Assembly: GCF_000181795.1 (NCBI RefSeq) | Contig: NW_003526941.1 | Span: 3,102,195 to 3,157,279, forward strand | Direction: 5' to 3' | From: Trichinella spiralis | Taxonomy: Eukaryota | DNA length: 55,085 bases | In this document: piece after piece, positions 14,092 to 25,475 of the stretch | Position numbering within the stretch: the first letter of the stretch is position 1 | How the letters are laid out: every line of letters starts with the position of its first letter | The notes under the pieces: generated by a model | The model's database searches: none | Told to the model about the DNA's origin: nothing | The model's input: the letters and a program-made list of their open reading frames with translations, nothing else | Program-made: the position numbers and the translations under genes

Positions 14092-16243
14092 AGTTATTAG
14101 CTATTGGATAAGGTGTCGGTGTAAATTGTTTGAAATTGAAACATTTGAGCTCTTTGAACATGAACAACAAGCTAAAATGAACGGTGATTATTTGTGATAA
14201 ATGGACGAGTGAAATAAAGGCATAGAAAACGAGCATGAGAAAAAGATTATGGTCCTTCTTCCGCTAGCAGTGTAGCATCGGTTAATAAAGCTTTGACAGA
14301 AGTCAGTCGGAGGAAGAGCAGAGTATGAAATTACGACAAGTTGTTTATGCAAACACTTGCAGCGTACGGGTCTGTGTTGAAATAGTTTGAATACAGTAAG
14401 ATATGCGGTTGTGCGCAACTCGAAGTTACATTGCAGCATGTTTGACAGATAAGTTGCAGAGCATAGCTTGTAGCCGGTTAAGCAGCGGCGGGTTGGATGC
14501 TTCGAGATTTTTGGCCATTTCCAGACAGGTTATTTGATTCAACAACGTTCAGCCGTGCGCAATGGGTCGTCGGTCGTTGAGTTTGCTAAAGGTTGCTTCC
14601 AAAAGCGTCTCAGCAAACACGACCTCAAACAGCAAAATGCTTTGACATTTTATTTGTAAAAACAGGCTTCCGAATTGCGAAAACAACAGATAATCACCGG
14701 GTCATTCTTGTGGTCGACCGGTTCTTTGCGGGTACAACTCTTACAAATGGCACTGAAGCACGCGAAAGAGACAAATTCAAACACGGCCTAGCTTTTCAAA
14801 CGACTTTCTTGCATTTCCTCACAATTATGTTCAAGTATCAGAATTTTTATCATTTTCCATAACATATATTTATTTACCTGTTGATTTTTTCAAACTGTTT
14901 AAGCACCCTCTGATCAGTTGGCTGCATGAAATATGCTGTATTACAGTTCAAAAATTTAATTTTTTTCTGAAAGAAGTTTTTATAAATGCGCGTGAAAAGT
15001 TCAGAAGTTGTACAAATTTCCGAAGATTTCATCAAATTAGTGTATAATCGGTGAACGGGCGTTGATGGTACAAATTTAAAACAAAACGAAACGTCGTGAA
15101 AAGCGAATTTTTTGTTGGATTCAATAAACATTCTATATAATAAATAATAAATACTTCTATACCAGTATAATTTACCAGAGAAGCCATGCTAATTGTATTT
15201 GGTTAAAGTACTGATTGTACTTACTTTTTGTGTACTGTAAAGACGAAATTACAGTATGACAAGAAATTCAAAATGTATTTGTCAGTTTTTTTATTTGGTA
15301 TTTCGGTTTTTCATCAGTGATACTTATGTTTTGAGAAAAAACAAGTTTACTTTGGTTTATCTATGTATAAATGTATTACTCTTCCAAATGATATACTAAT
15401 TTTATAATGTTTAATTTAAAAATTTTGATCCTTTAAGCAGTGATAATTGTTTTGAATTCATTTCACACTTGGAACACATTCATATTCCGACAAATGAATA
15501 GAACTATTGCAAATTTATATTATCTAAAATCAAAAGGGAGTTGATCAGTTCATTTTCATTCCGACAATATCGAAACAAGCTTTCACGGTGAACTTTTCCT
15601 TCTTTTCAATTTTTGCGATGACAAATGTGAAAATTAAAAAAAGAAACAACTGACTTTAGCTGAATCTGCACAATGCTTTGCTGTTTGGTTATTTTGCTAC
15701 AGATTCATTAGCTTATTTCAGTTAGTTATTATCAATTACATTGCCTCTACTGTAGTTGTAAATTTACCATCATTTTACGATTTGCTTCCTTTTCGGCGTA
15801 TATGCCATTGAATTTTTATGCGTAATTAAAGTTCCTTACACTGGAGATGGAAAATCTTTTAATTTGTTCACAGATGCATAACACTTTGAACAATGTATTG
15901 TATTATAAAACGTTCTGAACATTTCCAAAATTACAATCTGTTAAACGTGCAAAAATTAAGTGATTAATTAAGTTAGAAATTTCTTATTTTCAATTTTACT
16001 TTAATAATCATAAAAGTAGAAAAGAGCGGTTGAAGTTCTTACTGAAAATGTAAATTTCGCATTTTTTAATCAATACAACATACCATAATAATTGATGCCA
16101 TAAAATAGCAATTATACTACTTACTATGGCAAATAATCAAAGTTCAAAAATAAAAAGTAAATATCATAAACCAACCAAAATAAGCTATTAAAATAATGAC
16201 AATGTTAATTTAACGCTGGAAGCTGCCGTTGGTTTCTTTTCAT

Positions 16244-17094
16244 TCATTTCGCACCTCCATTAACTTCGTTCTGGGCACCACCAGTAGATGCTACAGAAAA
16301 ACGTTCTTTATTTCTTAATAAATGATCTGCTAAATATTGAATTGGATCCACTGGTCTGAAATTATATAAAAATAGAAATGTCATAGGCAAAGCAAACAGC
16401 TTTTTCTGGCCAAAACAAACCTCTCGCGAGCTAATGCAGAAAGCGCATGCAACAGTATGGGGACCACGGTCTGATCCAAATATTGCCTGGTAGGCACAGC
16501 AAATGCTGCGCTACCGCTCGCAGCTGGTGATGATGTCGGTTCCAGTGATGACTGCTTTGTCGTAGGTTGTTCAGCTTGCTCTGATTCCTGAAATTTAACA
16601 CAGTTTAAATCATAATCCATTTTATCCAGAAAGAATTTTCTAATTAAAAAGTGAAAATATGCCAAGTGAATTAAAAGTTAATTTCAGTTACACTGGAATT
16701 CAAAATAAAAAATAAGTCATTAAAATTCGATTTAAATACTCATTGTACTTACTGATACTTGAATTCAGAATGAATTTTGATTCAAATTGCATTTTAATTT
16801 AAAATGAATCATTGCACAGAAAATTCTTTAATAACGTAAAAATAGCTGTACTTCTACTTTAATCGCTTCAGTTGAAACGATATTTTCTGCTGAATGTTCC
16901 TCCGGTTGGACATTCACCATTGATGGTGGTTCGGTAATCTCCGCCTCCATCGCATCTGTCACAGGTGGTTTAATTTCAACATTGTTTTCCATCGCCGATG
17001 CCTGAGGAAGCTCAGTTACAGAATTTTCCACTTTGACAGCCGATTCTTGGTGAGACAGCTCCGCAGAGGCTGGAACACTTTCTTCTGTAGCCAT
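16244..17094 (-). CDS. dpy-30: Dpy-30 homologue (COMPASS/Set1 complex subunit); exons ~17094-16852, 16587-16421, 16355-16244
   Basis: Spliced product contains [41 protein letters not shown], the canonical Dpy-30 motif, after an acidic N-terminal extension. The exon 1 donor position is approximate. Confidence 0.92.
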
Positions 17095-17467
17095 TCTTTC
17101 TTCAGCCTTCAATCGGAAAAAGGAAGCATTAATAAATACATAAAATAATGAAACTTATAAGTGCATTTTATATGATAATTATACGCATTTTGTCAATAAA
17201 TAATTAGCAAAACATAAAATGCACAGTAAACATGATCAATTCCAACCACTTCAAACCGCAAGCCAAACTAATTCTGTAAGTGCACTGTAGACTGCAATGT
17301 AATTTTCAAGTTCAGTTTAACAACAATAGCAATTTAACACGATGATCTTCCGATTTGAACAAATTTTACTAAATAAAATAAAAAGTGAAATATATGATTA
17401 TTATATATCAATAATTATAATCATTAGACAATAAAGTTTACGTAGCTTTTTCCTGAAAACAGACGGG

Positions 17468-17734
17468 CCAATCAGAATCAACCAATCAAAAGTCAATTTT
17501 CGAATACCAGTAGCATTTCCTTGCTGTTACTGAATTTATTGTAAATTAAAATAATTTAATTATAATTAATATAGTTTTTAGTCATTATTGAATGTTTTAA
17601 TTAATTATTTTAATTATATAAGGGCTGAATTCAACATCAAAAAGTTGGCTAATGTACACTGTAAATGATGATCAAGCTTTTAAATTTTATAGTGGTATTG
17701 TTTAAAGTGCTTTAAAGTCTCTCCCCTATATAAA
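17468..17734. promoter_or_regulatory. Divergent promoter region between dpy-30 and the MSP-domain gene: CCAAT boxes (17468, 17482) and TATATAAA (17727-17734)
   Basis: ggCCAATcag and aaCCAATcaa motifs; the TATA box lies ~165 bp upstream of ATG 17899 and is followed by a (CT)n tract at 17790-17845. Function is inferred. Confidence 0.45.
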
Positions 17735-17898
17735 GGGCGATCGCGTAAATTCTTTTCAGTTTGTGGTTTTGCTTTTGGCGAGAACACACCTCTCTCTCTC
17801 TCTCTCTCTCTGCTCTCTCTCTCTCGTTCTTTCTCTTTCTCTCTGTGTCTCTGTTTCGCTATCGAATTTTTTATCGTTGTGTGCGTAAGCCGTTTGAG

Positions 17899-18738
17899 AT
17901 GGAATTCAATTCTTCTTTTCTTGTTTCTGCAGCGAGACAGATTTTCGTGGAACCGCAAGGTATGTTGGTGTTTAAAGGTCCATTCAACGAAGCGAAGAAC
18001 ATCGATGTGAAAGTGACAAACATGTCTCAGTTCCGTGTAGCTTTCAAGTTCCGTACTACCCGTCCGGATGGTATCAAGTTTCGTCCTCCCATGGGAATTT
18101 TATCCCCAGGTGGTGAGAAATACATCAAAGTCCGTTGTTTGGCCATCTCTGGGGCGCCACCAGCGAAGGATCGTTGTACGTTGCATTGTGTTGCGCTTCC
18201 TCCGGACTACAGATGTGTTAAACCACAAGATTTTTGGAAATCACCAGACTCTAAAAATGTTACTACTGAACGTTATCCGATGAAAGTTATCTACGAAGGT
18301 GTGGTACCACCTACCATTGAAGCGGAAACTCCTGCCATACCTGTGGAGGTGAAACCAGCGGAGGAAGCGAAACCAGTGGAGGAGGCGAAGCCAGTGGAAG
18401 AGGCGAAACCAGTGGAGGAGGCGAAGCCAGTGGAAGAGGCGAAACCAGTGGAGCAAGCGAAGCCAGCGGAAGAGGCGAAGCCAGCGGAAGAGGAGAAGCC
18501 TGTGGAAGAGGCGAAGCCAGCGGAAGAGGCGAAGCCTGTGGAAGAGGCGAAATCTGCGGAAGGAGCTGCCGCAGAAGAAGGTGAAGAAGGTAAAGTTGTG
18601 GAAGAAGCTGCAGCACCTAAGTCTGCAGAAGAAGAAGCGTCCCCTGTCGAAGGAGGAGAGGATAAGGCTGGCGCAAAAGAAGGTGAAGAAGAGGAAGAAG
18701 AGGGCGATGAAGAAGAAGAAGAGGAAAAAGGCGAATAA
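17899..18738 (+). CDS. Intronless MSP (major sperm protein)-domain protein with KP[AV]EEA repeats and acidic tail
   Basis: IFVEPQGMLVFKGPF...KVTNMSQFRVAFKFRTTRP...FRPPMGILSPG...KDR matches the MSP/VAP domain. No C-terminal TM helix. The first in-frame ATG after the CT tract is at 17899. Confidence 0.88.
   Translation: MEFNSSFLVSAARQIFVEPQGMLVFKGPFNEAKNIDVKVTNMSQFRVAFKFRTTRPDGIKFRPPMGILSPGGEKYIKVRCLAISGAPPAKDRCTLHCVALPPDYRCVKPQDFWKSPDSKNVTTERYPMKVIYEGVVPPTIEAETPAIPVEVKPAEEAKPVEEAKPVEEAKPVEEAKPVEEAKPVEQAKPAEEAKPAEEEKPVEEAKPAEEAKPVEEAKSAEGAAAEEGEEGKVVEEAAAPKSAEEEASPVEGGEDKAGAKEGEEEEEEGDEEEEEEKGE
18352..18567 (+). repeat. 18-bp coding minisatellite, ~12 units encoding KP[AV]EEA
   Basis: Tandem aa(a/g)cc(a/t)g(c/t)gga(a/g)ga(g/a)gcg units. 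Confidence 0.95.
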
Positions 18739-20351
18739 TTATCTTCTTTTTCACTTCAGTTACTTACCCTCATGTATTTATTTATACATGAATCATTATA
18801 TCATTAACTTATGATAACTCATTTATTTGATGATTAATTTTGTTTTTTAATGTAATCTGAATGGTTCGAAACTGAATGTCGATTTTAAAATAACTTCGTC
18901 TTATGTTCATTATTGTGCTTAAAAATAAAAGTAACCTCAACTAACGAAATGTTTGGTTTTGTATTTACTTCATTTCACCATACTTCAGTTGGTACACATT
19001 TAAAAGAAAATTGAAAAAACTGAAAACAATAGCAAGTAAAATGTTGACGTTTCGATACCTGTTCCGCTTACTTTCAGATGAAGAAAGTATAGTTATTGTA
19101 GTGCAATGATTATTGTGATACAGTTAAAATGGTGTGATTTGATTTATGTTATTTATAATTTACTTTCGGATGTTTTATGAGTGAACAACTTAAAACAACT
19201 TCTGCTATAACGTAAAAAAATTCCAATTTCATGACATTACGTTTAACAGGAATGTTAACTTGGAATATGGTGAAATTCGGAAAGAGCATTTATAATACAT
19301 TCCATTTCAGTCAGATTTGATAATTTTATCACATAAAATAAGATGTTTTCGAAAAAAATTTGATTTTATGATACGTCATCATTTACAGTAATTTATAAAA
19401 AATCATGTTCCATTGAATATTTCAAATAATCTGCATCTTGTCAAATACTGAACATTTTTTGCAGCGTAGACTTAAAAAAATTATAAAAAATATTTTTTTG
19501 TAAAAATTTATTTTATTATTGTAATATTTTCATTCATCATTAGCGATCCATTAAACTTCCTACCGTATACCAGCTTGTTGATTTTTGTTTGCAACTTTAA
19601 AATTTGTAAAATAAGTAAATTAATTCGAAATTATTGTTGATTTGATTAAATTTGATCAACCATTCTATAAATTAAATGAAATATTTTTAAAATTGACTAT
19701 ACGTGTATATTTTTATATTAGATTATGTAGATTATAAAGCTGTTTTACGAAACTTATTTGTAGAAGTAAAAGCTGTTGATACAATATGCTTCGTTTCTTG
19801 AGGATTTGTGTGTTTTCATGAAACTATGTTTCGAAAGCAATTTTTTAGTAAAATGTTAACTCATTGTACTGAATTTTATAAGCGTTAATTTAAAATAAAT
19901 AAGCAGTTGAAATATTTATACATGCGAATATCATTTAACATGTCATTTTTCTAGTAAAAGTTGTCGCTGGTCAAAAAGTATTTTGTATTATTTACAATGA
20001 TCACGTTTTACTGATCGATGAAATTTTGATTTTATGATGTTGTTTGGAATTGTACATTACACTGAATGATGAAGAAAATTAACTTTACCTTTAACATTTG
20101 AAATGCACGATAAAACTTCCATGTTGATCGATAGTATTAAATTAACGTTACCTGCTGATAATCATATTTGAGAAAATTGAATGTTTCTTCTTACTTTTAT
20201 TAGCATTCAATAGGGCAAGAGAATTATTATGTTTACCTGACAATTACTCGAAGTTTATCTGTTTTTCCACCCCCTTAAAAAGTTTCTACTTAATAAAATA
20301 GTAAATGTATTGTAAAATACCGTTTGTTAAAACTGGAAGTAATAAACAGTG

Positions 20352-23300
20352 ATGAGTTTGCGAATAGTTTTTATTTTAAGTGAGATTAAAATTTTTGTTA
20401 ATTACATGTAAATTTAATTTATTGATTATTATCTTTCAGTTCTCTGGTGTATTGTTGCTTTTGGTGAAGAAGACGTTCATGTAGAGAATTTTTACATTCC
20501 ACAAGGTTACGTTGCAGTTCCTCAGTATGAAGAAAAATATAAACCAAATTCAAAGTATCGTTTCAATATTTACGGATCCACGTTCGCAGTTAATAAAGTA
20601 TATATTTTTGGAATTGTTACTGATATAGTTTATTATTATTATAAATTGACAATTTTCAGTATATTCAGTTGATCATACGTCCGTTTCAAATAGAGGGCTA
20701 TGCCGAAATTCCCTGCAGACATGACTGGCTTGCGGTATATTCGGGAGAACAAATCAGCCAGTTGGGCAATGTTTGCAGTTTTTCAAATAGGAATATTACA
20801 AATTCGAAAATTTTCTGCAATCATCATTTGCCGTCGATTGATCAACTTCTGTTCAAAAGTGCAGACCTGGTTGTAGAATTCTGTTCCGACAATATTATCG
20901 AGGACAGTGGATTCGAGTTGAAATGGTCAACTAGCTCGGACAAGCCGCCGGTTCCAACGCCCAAGCCCAAACCGTCTCCTCCGCCGGTTGTTTGTGGTGG
21001 TGAGCTGGAATTGGCTGATGAAACAGTAAGCATCCTGTCGCCCGACTTCCAACTTGGCCACTATCCACCCAATGCTTACTGTAAGTGGAAAGTTCGACTC
21101 AACGTTGCCGCGGTGCTAGTTGTCAAATCTGCGCTTTTTGAACTGGAAGCTGCTCAACAAAACCACGTAAAAATAAATTATCCCCAACTTTTATTTTTCC
21201 CCATTAATTTTTTTATTAAAATTAATCTCTTCAGTGTCTGTTTGATCGTGTCATCATACGCATGGACGCTGACGACGGCGAGACAGAAACGTTTGGGTCA
21301 TTTTGTGGCAAAAATGGACCCAACTTTTACATTGAACCACAGAATGGATTGTACTTGACTATTGAATTCATCAGTGATGACAAAATTAGTTGGATTGGAT
21401 TTGAAATTCAGCTAAGTCTTCAGTATCCAAAGCCGACACTCTGTGGAATAGAGTACACTTTATTGCACATTCAAGATGTATTTCATTTTTATTCACCTAA
21501 CTATCCGGCAGTCACCAAACGAGAGGTCTTTTGTAAAGTGAAAATTAACACGGTATGTATTTTTCATTTAAATTTAATGGATTTTTATATTTTTATAAAA
21601 TTAAATTATTTTTCCAAATATTTTCTTTCAAAATTACACCGAACAATTAGTTTCATTCAATTAGTAACACTGTAATGGACAATGTTATTGTTATTGTTAT
21701 TATTATTCATTTAGCTTATCTATCTATTTATTTTGTTTTAATTTATATATTTTTTTCATAGGCGTCAAAAATGGAACATTTTAACGTCACTTTCCGATCG
21801 TTTAACATTGAAGAAGGTTTGGAAACGATGCGAATTGGCCCAAATCAAACACACGAACGGCTGCTTTGGGGAACCATGAATTCTGCTATGTCGATGATTT
21901 TTCATGGTTTGGAAAAAATTTTATGCATTTTTGAGATGTCCTTTTTAAAAAATTATTTTCAGAACAAAGCCTCACTTTACAGTATACAAAACTGAAAGGC
22001 AAGACATCCGGCCAAGGTTTTCATATTGAAATTCGAGCTTTCCCTAAACTAGGTAAGAATATATGAATATATCAAATGAAACTTATCAATTGTTTGGGTT
22101 CAGTTTTGAATTTCATTACCTTTATTATACATATTGCATGAATTTTTCTTAATTTCTTTCTACAAAGGTAGTTTTAATGCTACTGAGCAATTTTATTTTT
22201 ACAAAGTACTGTAGCTTATTTAGCTCATTATTATTGTGTTGAATAAGGGAGTTAGGGAAAGAAAAAAAGATAATTAAATTTAAAAAATAGTTCCAATGTT
22301 TGTTGTTTAGCATTCTGTAGATCGGATGAAATTCTCTGTGCCGATGAAATGCAATGCATTTCGATGAGAAAATTTTGCGATGGGAGAAAGGATTGTGGCG
22401 ATGGATCAGATGAAAACAATCACTGGTGTACATCTCATCAAAATTTTCTGAGCAAGAAATGCGGCATCAGTGTCGCTGCCCAAAATATTGATCTATCGGG
22501 ACCTAAAGTTGGCCGTCGTTTGTTAGAAGCACGAGCTCATAGTTGGCCATGGAATCTGCTTATTGTAGAAAAAGGACATTTTACAGATCCATTTTGTGCC
22601 GGAACGTTAATTTCACCGGACTGGATGATCACAACTTCTAACTGTTTTGAAGGGTGAGCACTTGAAAGATTATTTTTAAAAAATAACCAAATTATATTGA
22701 ATATGGTAATATTTAGCAAGAATCAGAACTTTCAGTCGTTCATGGTTCGTGTTGGTGTGCATGACGTTGGCAAATTAAATTGTCATCACGAACAATTGCG
22801 ACAAGTGCAACAGGCTTACTATTTTGAAAATAATTTTGATAATGGAAGGAAAATTGCAACAATTTCAGTCATGAATGATACTAATTTTATTATACCAAGT
22901 AGTATTGTATTGCTCAGACTGAATGAAAGCGTGGTGCAGACAAATTGGACGGGCGTTGCTTGCTTGCCACCTTTAAATTATTTTTTGAAAGAAAATGTTT
23001 CATGCCTGAGCGTCGGTTTTGGTTTATATTCAGGTAAATTTGTTCAAAAGATTATTAATTAATTTGCATTTCACTTGTTGTTTATTAAATAATTATTCGG
23101 TGAGATTGAATATTTTGTGATGAATGCATGAATAAGAGATAGGATGCAGCATGATTAAAATGTTCTCCTGAACATGAGAATAATCAAGTCACTGGTTTAA
23201 TTAATTAATATTTTATATAAAGAAAGTAAAAATGAAATATACTTGAAGATGATTTTAAGATTCGAAAAGAAGAAACGCATTAACGCAGAAAATAACACGT

Positions 23301-23600
23301 ACAGTAGCTCAGTCCTCTTCAGCGGAAAAAGGCAAAAATGTTTTATTGACAGACGAACTGCAGCAGGATAGATGCTACGTAAAAAAATCATTGATGTAAA
23401 TGATGCATGGATTGATTTTAAGAAAATTTTATTTTGAGGTTGACAAAGGAGGGCCGCTGTTCATTCAAAATTACAAAGGCCAGTGGACATTGCAAGGGCT
23501 ACTTTGGAAGTCATCTTGTCCTGCAGCTGAGTCTGATGTTTATGTGCGTGTTTCAGAATTTCTTGGCTTTATTTATGGTGTGTTTATTCGTTATAGTTGA
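20352..23600 (+). CDS. Secreted CUB-CUB-CUB-LDLa-trypsin-like serine protease homologue, catalytically inactive
   Basis: Signal peptide MSLRIVFILILWCIVAFG, spliced across ~20380-20438. CUB motifs: CRHDWLAVY...FCSDNIIEDSGFELKW; CGGEL...SPDFQLGHYPPNAYCKW...FISDDKISWIGF; CG...YSPNYP. LDLa: CADEMQCISMRKFCDGRKDCGDGSDE. Protease: SWPW, CAGTLISPDWMITTSNCF, VACLP, DRCYVDKGGPL, YVRVSEFLGFI. Confidence 0.85.
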
Positions 23601-24434
23601 GAACATGGTATTAATTATATCTGTCAAAATTTTTTAAGAAAGTTCTTTTTCATGCTTGCATTTAGAAACGAGTTTTAGCAATGGATAATCGGGGCAGTAT
23701 TACTTTAAATAACGAAATTAGACTGGCTGAACTTGAATTGTTAGTGTTATTACTAAACTATCAACCGCTAACCTTGCAGTGATGTCCTTCAGATGTCATG
23801 GCGATGGAATAAAAGCGTAATTTTTCCGCTCCAGTCAAAAATTACCATGATTAATTTATGATATTTTAATGTTTACTTCATATTTTTATGTAACTGTAAC
23901 TTTCTCTTCAGTCACAGTTATGTTGTACAATTTTAAATTGCGATTTTAAATTGGCGAAGAAAATTGCATGCATCACATTTTTGAAATATTTATTTATTCG
24001 TAAATGAGGAAAAAATGAATTTTTTTTAAATCATAGTATAAATAGCATTTCCATGGGTATGGTAATGTTGTTAAAATTTGAGCTGTTTCAAAATAAGTTT
24101 GGACAATTTTATTATTTTAACTTTATACAATTTTACTAGTTTCAGCACCAATGTAAATGCGTATGATCAATTGTCTAGTAGCAATTGTAATGTTTGGCTG
24201 TTGTTTTCACAGTGAAAAATTTCATCACCAGCATATGATGATAATAATAATAGTATCTGTAAATGTAGCAAGCAGTTTTCTGCATTTATTAATAAAAAGC
24301 GAAAAGATTACTTTTTTGCAAAAGTTTCAGGAAATTATTTTAATAATTTCAATTTCAACGGTTACAGTGTACACAAATTATTCTTTGCGAGCGTATCAGG
24401 GGAAAAGATTAGCCGAAGTAAGGAGAATTGAACA

Positions 24435-25475
24435 TTATTTGCATACTCTTGACATTTCTTCCATTCGTTTGCAGTATTTATCGTGCATTCGTTGCAGAAT
24501 CGCTCCCAGAGTTACTTTTTTGTTATCGTCCAAATGTCCACCCATGCAAGATATCAAATCTGGCTTGAATTGTTCCATATCCAAACCCGAACAACTGCAC
24601 GTTCTCATCAGCTGCCTCATCTCTTGATGTTTCTGTTGGCAAATTGCATCCAATCTTAAAGTATGCGAAAACTTTGTAAATATGTGAAAAATATTTTGAC
24701 AACAAGTATCATTATTGTTAATGTACTTTGCAAAGCATTCATTGCGCTTTGAGCATACATCTTTGATGCGTTGGTCACCATCAACAGTGAGGTTCGACGA
24801 AAGCCCCTTTAAACAGAGTTGCACTTTTGATTGCTTTTCAACTTCACACATTTCTGGATTGTTTGCTGCCGAACCAATTTTCATGATTGCATAGCTGAAA
24901 AGTGAAAAGTTTTGTCATGCAAAATTAACGTTCCTTCGAATTAACGTCTACGATTGATACGCGTATGAGTTTTCCATATTGTTATCAATTGGTGGATCTT
25001 TGTTTGTCTGGTGAAACTCAAAACCGGGAATTGTATTGGCCACGCATTTTTCCACCACACTCACCATTTGGTTAATTGTAACTTTTATACAATTTATGAA
25101 TGTCATTGTTTTGTCCTTGTCTTTGGCTGTCATCTGCGCAACATCTTCTTGATAATTTAGCGTTGGCGCTTTGCAGTCGTTGCTTAACGAAAAATTAATT
25201 ATATTTTAAGCGATTTTCCATCAAATTTAATGATCATCTGATGCTGTCTGAAGTTTGAATTTTATTTTTCGTTAAACTTACTCGTGGAAACACTTGAGGG
25301 CAGCTGCTTTGCGATCTTCCCAACTTTGACTGTCTGCCAAAATTGTTTTCACATTATCTCCAAAGCATTGGAAAAATTTTTCGAATTCGTCATTGCATTC
25401 GAATTTTCCTGCATGTCCACAGTGCAGCAGAAACGCAACGGCCGCGACAAACCACAACAAACGGACGACCATCAT
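24435..25475 (-). CDS. Secreted cysteine-rich protein of unknown family; exons 25475-25282, 25182-24961, 24894-24435
   Basis: Signal peptide MMVVRLLWFVAAVAFLLHCGHA, phase-consistent GT-AG junctions, many spaced Cys, TATA-like element on the - strand at ~25553-25562. No recognisable domain. Confidence 0.8.

Noticed and set aside
10200..16200. Numerous 60-130 aa ORFs upstream of SRF
   Set aside because: Low-complexity or SSR-derived, with no motif and no consistent exon chain.
17725..17736. CCTATATAAAGG as an SRF CArG box
   Set aside because: It has eight A/T bases rather than six; better explained as a TATA box.
17761..17898. Hydrophobic N-terminal extension (apparent TM) on the MSP-domain ORF
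   Set aside because: Starts at a non-ATG codon and derives from the (CT)n tract; the first ATG is 17899.
18241..18814. Repetitive alternative-frame and antisense ORFs (LHWFRLF..., ASPLPL..., Lys-rich)
   Set aside because: Other-frame readings of the 18-bp coding repeat and poly-Glu tail.
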